DNA of 62,347 nt, filler included. It is 8 parts of 8 records of this genome, joined end to end, with 100 filler letters (N's around TTAATTAATTAA, not from the genome) between each part and the next. Parts side by side here need not be neighbours in the genome. Positions count along the whole stretch, not along the records: positions 44,222 to 53,765 come from SRR15195285_134; positions 53,866 to 58,810 come from SRR15195285_136; 6 more parts are not named here. The stretch is one strand, 5' to 3'. Below the pieces are notes generated by a model. The model saw only the letters and a list, made by a program, of their open reading frames with translations, had not been told where the DNA came from and did not search any database. This document shows positions 45,003 to 57,117 of this stretch, piece by piece. The translations under genes and the position numbers were made by a program. Within the stretch, counting starts at the first letter, position 1. Each line of letters opens with the position of its first letter.

Positions 45003-48000
45003 TTAGAAGTGTTCAATGACGGGCCGCGGCGCTCGCAGCTCGCCCTCAAAAAAGTGCGTCGGGTCGTCGTATCGACCGATGGTTAGTAGTCCCTCTGGGT
45101 GGCGGGTCTGAAAGCTGTTGCGTGCCGAATCCAACTCAGGGCCTACCTGTACCCGCAAGCTATTGTCGACAACCAGCTCCAAGTCGCGTATCAGTGTGGT
45201 GTCGTGTAGTTCGCCGAGAGCTTTCAACAGCGCTTTGAGGCCAGTATAGTCAGCGCTGTTGCCCCTGCCAGTGCTGATCGGATTGTCGCTCAAATTGAGT
45301 TGACTTAACCTGCGCACCAGAGTCACGGCCATCAAAACCAGCCCATGGCGAGACACGTCTAGAAAATCTGTAAATGGCTGGGCACGCATACTGCAAAGGG
45401 AGCGTACCTTGCAGAGTCCCAGCAAACCTGTGCCGAAAATACATGGATGGCCGAGGCGTTCAATCCGCAGCTGGAAAGATCGAAACGCCGTAGCCGACTG
45501 CCGACAGCCCTGCACAGTTCAGCCCACCCAGACATCGTGACATCCTCTTGCACACCTATGCTTGTGTCTCCACTCGTAGACACAAGTGTACTCCCACGCA
45601 GCGAGAGGTCCTGAAGTCGGTGCATGTCGCCGAGGACTGTTGCCAGCCGCGCGACACCCTGAGGCACGAAGTAGCAGCTGGACAGGTCGAGACGCTCCAA
45701 CTGAGCGATGTCCTCCCGCTCAATCCGCATCCGGCCCCCGAGGAGATCCAGTTGGACCAGTTTGAACTCGACAGCACGCCATGCGCTCATATGTAGACCG
45801 GGACAATTGCTTGGATCACATGTTCGTGCCTCACGGTTGCGCAGCTCATTCAATTGAGGGCATTTTCCCACGAGCTGCTGAAATTTGTTTCGCTGTGTCT
45901 CTTCACGCTCCGACTCAGAAATTGCGTTGCCCGCGATCGACGCCCACTTGGCCTTGGAATGATTCCCAGGCCTGTTCAACCAAGCCACTACCAGATATAG
46001 ATCAGCTTCCCCTAAGTTACTATAGCTCAGGTCAATGTATGCATCATCTGCGCACAGCGAGTACGTGCGTGGACATCCGGGCAAACCAGTTGAGTCAAGT
46101 CGCAAGTTGCCCAGCGTAATCGAATCTCCAATCGCAACCGCAAGCTCCTCAACAGATGAGTCGCCGTCTGACAATGTTCCGTCGATGCTAATTTGGCAGC
46201 CCGAAAGGTCAAGAGATGTCAACGACATGCTCCCGCTGTTTTGACTGGCGACCATCCGAGCAACCAATTGCGTCGCTTTCCAGCCGAGGAGACACTTGGC
46301 GAAACTTATTGTCGAGAGTTCTAAACCGTGCTCGGTGTCCTCATTCTCTTGTATCTTCCGCTGCAATTCTGCTAGGCCACTAAGATCTTCGTCGTACTGT
46401 ACCTCAGAGTCACCGGTCACGCTCTGGATGCTTCCTGTGATCAGATTGCTAGACAGATCAATGACGGTCGTGCTGCTGTTCACTGACTCGGCAAAAGTCT
46501 TACAGCCCAGCGGGCCGAGTCCTGCATCAGCAACGATGAATTCTTTGATTTCGCTGTCATGCACACACGAACAAAGTTCATGCCATGGGCCCCAATCCGT
46601 TGCCTCTGAGTTGTCCATACATAGTTGATGGACATCACTGAACGCACTGTGCACACAATCATATACGATCGGCCGGAATGAGTCACTGTCTGACGTGCTA
46701 ACTTGAGACTCTACAGCTGCTCCAGTCACATCGTTCCCTGATAAGACAAGTCTCCGCAATGATTGAAATTTGTGCAGATGAGGTTCTTTTGAGACTGGGC
46801 GGTTGTGGATGTGCTTGACCATGTATGCTAGAGCAGCGACCGATGCTGGACCAATCCCACATGACGATAGGTTGAGTTCTGCTGGCTTGATTTGTTTCAA
46901 CGTGTGGCACAGGTGGTTGATGCCACGCAAGTCCAAATCGACAGAGGCACCGACGATTGGACACCCGGCAAGATTGAGATTAAACTCGGCATCTACTGAA
47001 GTATCGATGACACGTTCCTCTGGAATGTGTTTTTCGATGAAACGGCTCACAAGCAAAACGTCTGCTGGGCCAAGGTGCTTGTGGCTAAGGTCAAATCCTG
47101 CTCCTCGCTGATTAGCTGCTGTGTTCCATACCGCCCGGTTTGTTAGAGAGTACTCTGCATGGTTCTTAGACTCTGATGCGACGGACGCTTTTGCAGTCAG
47201 ACCCGTGGATCGGATCGTAATGCCTTTGAGTTCGACGTGGTGTAAACTCAGCCAACTACTGAGCAGGACAACGTCTGGTGATCCCATTCTCACATGGGTG
47301 AAATCACAGTTGGTGTTTCCATCGGGATCACGACTGTAGAGTTTGTAGACATACTCATCGTCCGCTTGGCGTGTCCGCGGTCGAGCAGACGACTCTTGAT
47401 CCGCACGGCCGCTGTCCAAGTACAGGTCGATCATACCAATTTCACACACACGTGTTTTCCACTTGTTCACAATGTGGTCGATACGTTTGCTAGCGTCCAG
47501 CCCTGTTTTGCTCTTCACCTTCTTGATCTTGTCTTCACACCTGTTTTGTTTCGCAATTTGATCGAAAGCTTCGTCTGCACGGCATACGGCAGATCGAGCT
47601 CCATCTCCGCCATCCAACTCGTAGCGCAAGAGCAAACTTTGCGCTTGGGACACCTCTACAGACTGTACGTCATCCAACAAACTGTTCCGGGCGTCTTTGT
47701 CCTGTACGAGGATCAGACGCTTCAAATGTTGCCACCAGTCGAACTCATTCAGACGCTGCCAGCGGCTGGGTTGTGCCCCCCAGCGTTTCCGTCGTGGTGC
47801 CTCCATACTCCACTTCCAGTAGGGTGCGATCTTCTCATCGATTTTCTTACTGTAGTCGATAGGCGGCGTTGGGCGAAGTGAAGCTTCTACACAGTCCGGC
47901 ATCGTGCCTCCATCGTCATCATATGCAGGAGGCACGCGCAGCCAGCTATGACAGTCAAAAATTACTTTGTGTCTGACATGTCCTGGCTCCCATACCTCGA

Positions 48001-51000
48001 CACGATCGAGCTTCCAATCAGAACCCAGTCCTTCGTCGTCGTGGCGGATGCAGATCTGCTGCACGTGGCCAACACTGTCACAATAGACCGTGAACTCATC
48101 CTCTTGGCCGTGTTGGAAGAGCTTTGTATTCTTCATTAACGCCTTCCGCTCCTGATGATCTTTGTTCAGCGGTATCCAATTGCTACTAGCAGTTTTCGAG
48201 CCAATTGAGCCAATGAGCTTCATTGACACGTTTGCATTGGTGCCAGCAAGAAGCCCTGAGCCAGTGACAACTTTAACGAAGTACTTGCTCGAGGCCACAT
48301 CAACCCTCAGCTGCTTCAAATTTGCTGAGAACGCGCTCGTCTCGTTGTCAAGCAGCAGCGCAAGCTCAAAGATGCTTTCGTGCGCTAGCTTACAGTGAGA
48401 AATATCTAGCTTTGCTATCGGCAGATCCCGTACGGCCCGAACCAGTTTAACGGCGCCAAAATCCCCGAGTTCATTGTTGCGCAAGTTCAGCTCCTGGATG
48501 GCACAACGGTCTGTGAATGTCTCAAACATATTCGCCGTCTTGACTGCGTGTCTGATTGTCCACGCCTCAGCCCTTTCAGCCAGTACTGTCTCAAGCGTTT
48601 CGATGTCTCCTCGAACGGCACCGATGCCACAATCTGCCAAGTCGATCAAGCTACACTTGACATGCCTCGATAGGATCGCTGTGATCGCAGGTCCGTGAAT
48701 TCCATGTCCTCGCAGATGGATTGCTTTGATTACAGCGTTGTTCGCTTCTGGCACTGCCTTATGCAACCCACACAATACTTTGAGACACACAATTGGACCT
48801 GCAAAACAGCAAGGCAGCTGCTGTTCCTTTAGTGCGTGTCGCACTGCCTTGGCGCATCTCGTGCGGTAGCACGTGCACTGATAGAAAACCATTTTGTCAA
48901 ACCAGCCAGCAAAACACCTCCATACTTTCGCAGTCAGAGATGTTTCTGATTCCACGCGGCAGCATCTGCACCTACAGACGCAGCAGGTAGCTTGCAGCTC
49001 GTATTCGTGAGTCAAGCCAGGTATTCTTCCAGGCTTCCGACGACACTGGCACCGACGTCTTCGTTGCTGCATCTCGGCAACCGTGTGCCTGTGGAGCAAG
49101 CTCTCAACCAACACTCGCCCACTTGGTGCGTTTGTCAGGTTGTCATGCCAATGCATCATACTCTCACGAACAGCGTCGTTCGGAATTGCTTTTGTTTTCA
49201 GCTCGTTGGATATATCCAAGCTATGAATGCTCAGCGGGATGCCATGGCTAAGAGCATATTCCAGAGACGGTTTTTCCAGCTGCTGGTGATAGTCTGTGTC
49301 TGCTGACTTCGACGTGGACACGTAGTCGCTGTCTTCATACAAATGCACTTCCATAGCAAAGTCCGCACCCTGCTTTCTCAGAAGATCCACGCCATCATCA
49401 CTACGGAGACGAACCCAGTGGGTTGTTCCAGGCTGATATATGCTGTGCGCAATGCGAATGTAGGTATAGCCATCCGATGACTCTTCTTTCGTGATGCCGT
49501 CTATTATCTCTTGAAAGCTGCTCCTGCCTGCGTGACGTCCGACTGCGCACACCTGCTTCTGAAGGCTCAAATGGTGCTTGGTGGCTCTCAGCTTCAAGTG
49601 GTCGCCCGGTTGCCCGGTGTACTCTTCGATAGTTTCGTACACCACACATGTAGAGATCACACGAAAGTAAACGGGCTGGCTCAAAGTCAGCTTGACTGGT
49701 CCGATCTTAGTAACGGTTGTCAAATGCTGCTTCACAGCTTCTAGGTCCTGGCTAATGACACGCACACCTTGCACAGAAATCAATCGTTGACCGGGCGCTA
49801 GTGTGCCAATGCGATCTGCAAGAGTTCCCTGACTGAAACTTTTCAGCACGTGGCCGAACGGAGAACTTGGCTCGTAAAAGTCCAGTCGGAGATCCGGGTC
49901 AAAGCACTCGAGTACAACTTCCTGTCCCGTCGACTTGGTATCGTGTTTACCATCTCTGAGCAGACGCACTGCAGAGTCTACCCGCGACTGCAGGATAGAG
50001 TAGTCCACCTGGAAATTGAACGGCTCCTTGTTTATGGCTTCCAGGCTCGTAAACTCGACTCCAACTCTCCAGGTCCGAGAAAGTCGTCGAAACCACACGT
50101 AACCCCATAACATAACTCCAACGTTTGAGCCCACCCAGACCCAATAGAAGTTGTAGCCCAGCACTACGTCACTGCTGACAGCTTCTGCTGTGCCTGTTGT
50201 GAAGCACTGTTTCTTGTTGTTGCTGTAGGTCATCACAAACACGCCGAACGCGCAGTTGAGAGCGGCCAGCCACAGCCCAACGTAATGAACACAGTTCATG
50301 GCCAGCACACTGCTGTACGGCGTTGGATATGATACTTGCGACGCGATGTCTTTCAGTGAGATCACATCAGCTTTTAGTGTGAGTGCCCGCAGTGTCGTTT
50401 CAACCGTTGCCTCTGACAAATGGTCGGTTCGCATCAGACTTTCATCCTGCACCTCTTCGCGATGGCTTTTCAAGTGACGTTGCAGCTCAGCAATTTTCTG
50501 TCTTTTGACCTGCAACGGGCCACTTGATGATAGCGACGGAGTCGCTACGTCGATATCAGCAAGTGGATGACGGCCTCGTATCTGAGCTATTGTGTGCCCC
50601 CACTCCCTCGGCCACTGAGATCGTTTTTCCTTAGCCTCGGTCTCTAACAGCTCCATCAACGCTCGAAGTTTCTCCTCGTCGCTCGCGATCGCGTTGATGT
50701 GGTCGACCTTATCTCTGCCAGTCAAGTGGGCGTAGCAAAGCTGCAGCACAACCACAGTCGCTACAGCGGCCAGAATCGTCTTGGGATGACAGTCACCGAA
50801 CACGGTCGATAAAAAAGCCAGCAGGACCTTGCTTTGGAAAGCGATAATATACCAGCGCGCGTCTTTCGCCACGACCGACATCCTTGCTGATGAAGCCAGG
50901 AGGGTCTTGAGAGATAGCCAGTAATATGGTATCAGCAATGCCATCACGATCAATACATACAGCGAGTGGCCCCTTTTTCCAGCGTAACCGGTACCACCCC

Positions 51001-53764
51001 AGCACATAACTGTAGGATTCATGTCCATACACTGTGCACCAGTGATATTCATTAGATGGGGCTCTAGCTTGCAGAACTGTTCTCCACGGACGACCATCCC
51101 AGCACTCGTGCAGGCAAAAACGCTGGTCAGCTGCTTGATCATTGGAAAGGACAGTAGGTCGAAAAAAAACTGAACAACGATAGAATGCTGCGTTGGCCGA
51201 CGAACAGTTGCCACGAGTAAGAGAAACGAGAAACAGACAGTGATGCAAGCACCCACGAAGAGCCAATATGAGGCAGTGCCTGCAAACTCGAAGATTCCGA
51301 ACTGCATAAGACTGTGTGGCTTTGGCATCGTATATCCTCCTGGCCCCACTGGCAACTGTACGGTCTCCCATGGAACGGCCATAAAGAAGGAGAAGCCCGA
51401 ATATGTATAGCTCTCGTAGAAAACTGACAAAAGCTTCAGCATCGGTGACGGGCCATGTGGCAGCTGCGAACGCTGAGACCTTCTGACGCTTAGGACTGCA
51501 GTGAACTCCCAATACCACCACAGGAATATCCAGCCAAGACCCCACTGAGCGGCTCCATATGACAGGAACCCAATCGTCCCCCAAAGTGGCTGATCGTCGA
51601 GAAGCACGATCTGGATGCCTGCAGTCCCATTGTTTGGTCTCTGCCAGTCGATCTCCGGGGCCATCAGCACCATCGGAAGAAGAGTCAGAAAGATGCTGCA
51701 GTACGCCCACACGGCGTACAGAGCAGGCCAAAAGCGGCGTCGGGATTCGTCATCCGTGATGCTGTGATCCACAACGCTTTTGCAGTAATTGAGGGTGCAG
51801 TGCCTGACACCGAACAGCAAGAAGGTACCCGGCACAATCGTCATTAGAGCAATGGCGAGCCTCCTCAAGTGCGTTGCTGTGAATGCTGCAAAAACAGTTG
51901 CCGCAGATATCACAACGAATCCTGCTATGATGATGTCTATGACGTGTTCTCCATGGGATATCTGTTTCGCGAGCCTGTGAAGCTTCTGTTTTTCGCCCCG
52001 CAATTTGATGTTGTCTCTGTCAGCGCGGTCTATGTCGTCATCAGAATCAGTATCGATTCCGTCGGCGTCCAAGCTATGGTGTACTGTCCGGGTGGGTACA
52101 CGATGCGGGACGGCAACTCGGTCAGGTGGAGCCGAGACGAAGTCGACGCGATGCAGCCATTTGCAGCAGCGCCGCCGGTTCATGTGTTGCTTTAACGTTG
52201 GCTGCTTCAGGTACCGCTTCTGGTCCGCAATAGCTCTTGCTACGCGCTCTGCTGCTTGAGCATCGTTGCGCACACACAGCTGGCCTTGCTCTGTACTACT
52301 GCAGCTGGCCACGGCTACTCCTGAAACCTCGTATCCTTTCTCTGGTGGGCTGCCATCCGGTGGGTCCGTTAAGATTCCAACCAGACCCCGAGCATCTGCT
52401 TCGGCCCCATCCAGAAGCTGGTGCTGATTCCTGCGACTTCCGGATACAACTCGTGCTAGCATTCGTGCGCACGCTTGTATCTCGTGTACGTGCACTACGA
52501 CCAGCAGCAGCTCACAGAAGTGGCGCAACTCTAGTCGGGCCACACCTGTCGGTGAGATCGTAAGCTTTTCTGTCTCATCCAGCGTTGACCATTTCTCCTG
52601 CCTGTCATCCTTTCGCAGTGCGCAGACAATGGCGCCATATCCAGCCTGCCGCTCCGCCATATCACGCGGCCTCACCAATCGCGCAATGTCCACAAAGAGC
52701 GTGACTGGTTCTCCTGACTGTGGGAACCAACAGCCGTCCGGCAGTAAAGACAGCAGCACCTCAGCACGGCGGTTCTTTGGTATGCCGGCGACGATCTCAT
52801 CCACCGCCACAAATCTTTTGCTGCCCTTTCTACGATCCAGCTTGCTCCAAGAAATGCTTTCGCAAGGCAGAGCAGTGCCCGCTAGCATGCCACCCTCTGC
52901 AGGCACATCCATTCTGCACTCGTCACTAGGTACACTAGGTACACTAGGTACACTGCTGGCGTCTCGCTCCTCAGCTGAGGTAATGACATCCTTTGGCAAA
53001 CCGTACTGTAGCTTTCGACGAGTGGCTGTCGCAAGCCTCGACGACTGGTAGCCATTATCATCGTTATCCCTTGCTCGACCTTCTTCTCGAGCGTCCGTGA
53101 CTTCTGCCACCAGTCGCTCCATGCTCATGTGGGAACATGCAACAGAGCGCAAATTTAGCTCGAGACGCAAATTTTCTTCCGACATACGCGCTGGAACGGG
53201 GCAGTCGTCGACGAGCTGCGAGAGCTGAGCCTTGCGTGCAAAGTTGCCCACGTCCATCCCGCTCGCCACACGCTTTTGCGCAACTTTGCCCGAATACAGC
53301 TTTGTCGATGCGTTGCGCTGCAAGCGCATCTTGCGATCTGTGTGATCACCCTCCATGGTCGCATGCTCGAGCAGGGCCGCGGCCGCCACATGCGCGGTGC
53401 TGTGGTGACCTGTCAGGGCCGCCCTCGCATCCCCCTTTGCGGTGTGCATAGCAGTCACCCGGAAAGAACTCCTCCGTGCGTCTCGCATGAAGTTGCCTTC
53501 CGAACGGTTGCGTTCGCGCCGCTTGTGCGCCACCTTCTCCGCGTACCTGACGTTTGAGAAAACGTGGCGTTCGACCAGCTGCTCGTTGAGGTCCGCCCTC
53601 TCGGCAGCGAGCTGCTCCACGCCATGCCGTGTAGCAACCTTTGCTTTCGCAGGCGCGGCGGCCCGCTGCGCCCTCACCGACAGGTCGACGAGTTCCCCCG
53701 GGCTGATTGCCCCGGGCAGTGGCAAAACCACGTCGAGCTCCGGCTCCGGCTCGGGCTCCGGCTC
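45003..53764 (-). CDS. Giant receptor-like protein (5' partial): ZU5-like, about 12 TM, PDZ, SH3-like, RI-like LRR, PLAT, RI-like LRRs
   Basis: Frame is open to the contig end (EPEPEPEP). ZU5-like: LSLLPDGCWF..PVTL..W..LELRHFC. PDZ: GTLADRIGTLAPGQRLISVQG..VKLTL. PLAT: YFVKVVTG..AGTNANV..FQHGQEDEF..WKLDRVEV..FDCHSWL. LRR: LNLRNNELGDFGA. Last intron 45310-45407 joins the ORF ending at 45003. Confidence 0.85.
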
Positions 53765-53765
53765 C

Positions 53766-53865
53766 NNNNNNNNNNNNNNNNNNNNNNNNNNNNNNNNNNN
53801 NNNNNNNNNTTAATTAATTAANNNNNNNNNNNNNNNNNNNNNNNNNNNNNNNNNNNNNNNNNNNN
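53766..53865. other. Artificial contig linker
   Basis: N44-TTAATTAATTAA-N44. Confidence 0.99.
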
Positions 53866-56364
53866 GTCGAAGGCGAGCAAAGTTTTGATGGCCTGGGCTA
53901 CTGCTGGTACTGCGGCCCGACGTGCTACATCACCTGCCCCTGGTCCTCGTTCCACCCGAGGTTTCTCACGCTGCAAGAAAACGACCTCAACATCTCGCGC
54001 GACACCAACAGCTCTGATGCTCACCACGTCTCGCAGCCACCGATGGTCCAGGGTGGTCCACGTGGTGAGCTGCTTGTCCAGGCCGAGAGCGTACTGCTGC
54101 ACTCCGTAGACGGTCGCAGTTGGGATGTGCTCACGACTTACCCTGGCGGAGGTCCTGCTGGCGTCGGCTGGTTGCGCGATGGTACTCTGCTTACCGCCTC
54201 GTTCTCCACCTCGTTCAACATCACGCTCTACCGCGGGACCCCCGACACAGCAGGCAATTATAGCTGGACCGGTCCGACGAAGCTGATTACCAACAGATCC
54301 ATCGGCGAGTTCGCTGGTGGGGACAACTCCCTGCGGTTCATCGAGGATGACCAAGGCACCATCTTCTACACCACGGGTAACTTCGATAAGGTGCCACCGC
54401 ATGAAAGTCTAACCTACCCAGTCGTGTACGTCTCTACCGACCACGGCCGCACGTTCAAACCACGTGGACAGCTGATTGAGTGGGGCTCAGAGTCGGACGT
54501 TCTCCCACTTGGAGGAGGGAAGCTGTTGGCGGTGACACGCTACCAGACGCGCAACTGTTCCGACTCGCCCACCTTTCACTCCAGCAGCATCGGTAGAGCC
54601 ACGGGCCCGCACTACCAAGGTACAGCGGTGCTGCGCAGTTCCGACAACGGGGTCAGCTGGACAACAGATGGGCTGGTCACGGGATTTGCGCAACAAACAG
54701 CCTCTATCGTACGGGTCGACGCTGAGACCATCGGCATCATCTTCTCTCACAAGGACATTGCGAATGGGACAAAGTACGGGCAGCGGGCGATCTTTTCCTA
54801 TGACTCAGGGAGGACCTACAGTAACGTGATCATCGAGCTGCATCACGGTGGAATGTATGCAGCATCGGCAGTGCTCTCCGATGGCGTCATCGTCACCTCA
54901 TTTGGCAACACCGAAGCGCAGCTCGAGTCGCTCCGATGGCGTCCACCCCCCAAAGAGGTTGTGAAAGCATACGGCAGCTTCGCTCCGATCTCTATTCAGA
55001 TCCCTCGACCAGCACCACCACCTTCAGGCTATCCAGCGCCACTACCACAGCGACCGGTGCCGCCAGTGCCACCGGACGCGATCAAGCGGCATGCTACGAG
55101 GCCGAACTGGGGTTACGGTCCACCATGCAAACCAGGACCGTCCGGAGAATACAGCTGCATGTGGGCAACGTACCAGCCGATCATTCGACCCTGGCCACCG
55201 GTGTCGCAACACAACCACACTATACACGGCTTTATCGAGCCACCACTCGTGCTAAGTCGCAAGCTGCTGCTTTCACAGAGTGGCTCCGTAATCTTTGCGT
55301 CGACGGACGAAGGCAAGAGCTTCAAGGCGTTGTGCACCATGCCCCAGGACAAGGCTGCGGGAGTCGCCGGGTTCGCAAATGGCCTCGGCCTCCTCTCTGA
55401 CGGCACACTACTCGTGGCAAGATACTACACACAACCGATCGCTGGGAACCTGACTCGACTATCGACGTACGTATACAGCAGCAGGCTTCCCTCGTCAGCA
55501 GCGTCGAGCTGCAAGTGGTCGCCTGGGTTTGAGCTTCCGTCTCGCGGCTCACGAATGAACAGTGTGGGTGGTGGACTCGGGATTCGTTTCGTGGAGGAAC
55601 CTGCGCCCACGTCTAGATCTAGCTTGATGCGTGGAGTCTTGATCGCTGTTCGAAACGAGCTGACACACACACTTGGTGGTGACGCGCTTTCGAAGCCTGA
55701 GCAAGTCAGCGCCGCGGTAGTTTACCGCTCTACTAACAGTGGCAAGTCCTTCACGACGCACGGCAGTTTGAGCGACTGGACTTCGGAGGCCGATCTGATC
55801 TTTCTCAACGCGACGTCTGGAAATGTGGTTCTTGCTGCGGCCCGTTATCAAGGCCCTACGCACTTTGCGTCGGCGCGCTACGATACGGGTGTGCTCACAA
55901 ACGCCACTGCCGTCAGCTACAAAAGCACCGCCGTCTTCAAGAGCACCGACGGAGGCAGGACTTTCGGGCCACCAGGCCTTGTAACAGGCCAGGGCCAGCA
56001 GTCGGCGTCATTTGTTCGGCTATTGGACGGCCGTCTTGTACTCGCATTTGGTCACAAAGACGCTGGCGAGGGCCAAAAGTTCATCCTGTCGTATGACGGC
56101 GGTGCTTCTTGGAGCAACGGCGTCTGGGACCTTCACCGTGGCGGGCTGTACGCCTCCAGCGTGTCAGTAGGCGAAGACAAGATCGTAACTGCGTACTCTT
56201 GCGCAACCGATCCACAGAGCAGCTGTCCAGAACGTGGGGGAAGACTCTCGACGTTGCGATGGACGCCACCGGCTTACGAGGAGGTTGCCCGTGGTGGATT
56301 CTTCTTTCCGGTGCCGCCTGACGGGGCACGAGAACCCTCGACGTTGTGGGAAAATATGCCGTAG
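53866..56364 (+). CDS. Sialidase-like (BNR/Asp-box) protein with two tandem propeller-like halves (5' partial)
   Basis: Frame is open from the contig start. Asp-boxes: SVDGRSW, STDHGRTF, SSDNGVSW, SYDSGRTY, STDEGKSF, STNSGKSF, STDGGRTF, SYDGGASW. The two halves are homologous and joined by a Pro-rich linker. Confidence 0.8.
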   Translation, partial: VEGEQSFDGLGYCWYCGPTCYITCPWSSFHPRFLTLQENDLNISRDTNSSDAHHVSQPPMVQGGPRGELLVQAESVLLHSVDGRSWDVLTTYPGGGPAGVGWLRDGTLLTASFSTSFNITLYRGTPDTAGNYSWTGPTKLITNRSIGEFAGGDNSLRFIEDDQGTIFYTTGNFDKVPPHESLTYPVVYVSTDHGRTFKPRGQLIEWGSESDVLPLGGGKLLAVTRYQTRNCSDSPTFHSSSIGRATGPHYQGTAVLRSSDNGVSWTTDGLVTGFAQQTASIVRVDAETIGIIFSHKDIANGTKYGQRAIFSYDSGRTYSNVIIELHHGGMYAASAVLSDGVIVTSFGNTEAQLESLRWRPPPKEVVKAYGSFAPISIQIPRPAPPPSGYPAPLPQRPVPPVPPDAIKRHATRPNWGYGPPCKPGPSGEYSCMWATYQPIIRPWPPVSQHNHTIHGFIEPPLVLSRKLLLSQSGSVIFASTDEGKSFKALCTMPQDKAAGVAGFANGLGLLSDGTLLVARYYTQPIAGNLTRLSTYVYSSRLPSSAASSCKWSPGFELPSRGSRMNSVGGGLGIRFVEEPAPTSRSSLMRGVLIAVRNELTHTLGGDALSKPEQVSAAVVYRSTNSGKSFTTHGSLSDWTSEADLIFLNATSGNVVLAAARYQGPTHFASARYDTGVLTNATAVSYKSTAVFKSTDGGRTFGPPGLVTGQGQQSASFVRLLDGRLVLAFGHKDAGEGQKFILSYDGGASWSNGVWDLHRGGLYASSVSVGEDKIVTAYSCATDPQSSCPERGGRLSTLRWTPPAYEEVARGGFFFPVPPDGAREPSTLWENMP

Positions 56365-56729
56365 TGGTAGTTCGCAGCTGGGTGTGGTACCTTGTGGGCA
56401 ACAATTGAGACAGTCATTGCATTTGCTGTGGCAGTCATCTGCTCATCGCCCGTCATGAATTGGCGACTTACACTTGAGCCTTGCTTCAAAGTAGCGTAGA
56501 CCACAAGCTGGATCAAACGTACATCTCGCATTCCACACGAGAGCCTAGTCTCGCTGCGAACCGCCAACCGCTTGGAAGTTAGGCTGCCTAGATCCGCCGA
56601 TCCAGTCATAGCGTGCGCCAAAAAATGCATGTTCGAGTTTAGTCCAAAAGATCAGTAGAGGGTATCCCAGATACAGCGGCGTGGTACTCGTGTAGTGCTA
56701 TTCGATTACTACGTGTACACTATCTGATT

Positions 56730-56793
56730 CTGATTCTGGCATAGGTCCTATGTCAGAATCTGACATAGGGCATGTGCCCTATGTCAGAATCAG
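56730..56793. repeat. Nested palindromic element made of four alternating inverted copies of TCTG(A/G)CATAGG
   Basis: CTGATTCTGGCATAGG-T-CCTATGTCAGA-A-TCTGACATAGGGCA-TG-TGCCCTATGTCAGAATCAG. The 16-bp terminal inverted repeat has one mismatch. Confidence 0.9.
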
Positions 56794-57117
56794 GCCTTAT
56801 CCATAATTATGTCATGTGCGATTCTAAAAGACTCTTATCGGAGTCTTACCTCCTTGGGCTGCGCTATGCTGTGCTGTGCTGTGCTGTGCTGGGTAGTGCG
56901 TGAATCGCAGGATTTAATGTTTCCCCACGCAGACGATCCGCCATGTGCAAAGATAGCGCGTGGTATTGAGGAAAACCATAAATTCAAAAGTGGATCCACG
57001 AGGCATACACGTATCGCTCAAACTTGCACTAGCACCAGACTGGCATAAATGGTGTCAAATGAAAAACAATTAAGACGGAAAAAGACATCGGAAACATGCG
57101 TCCATATCACTCAATCG

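Noticed and set aside
52925-52953. 9-bp tandem repeat CTAGGTACA x3
   Set aside because: Simple in-frame SVP repeat inside a CDS.
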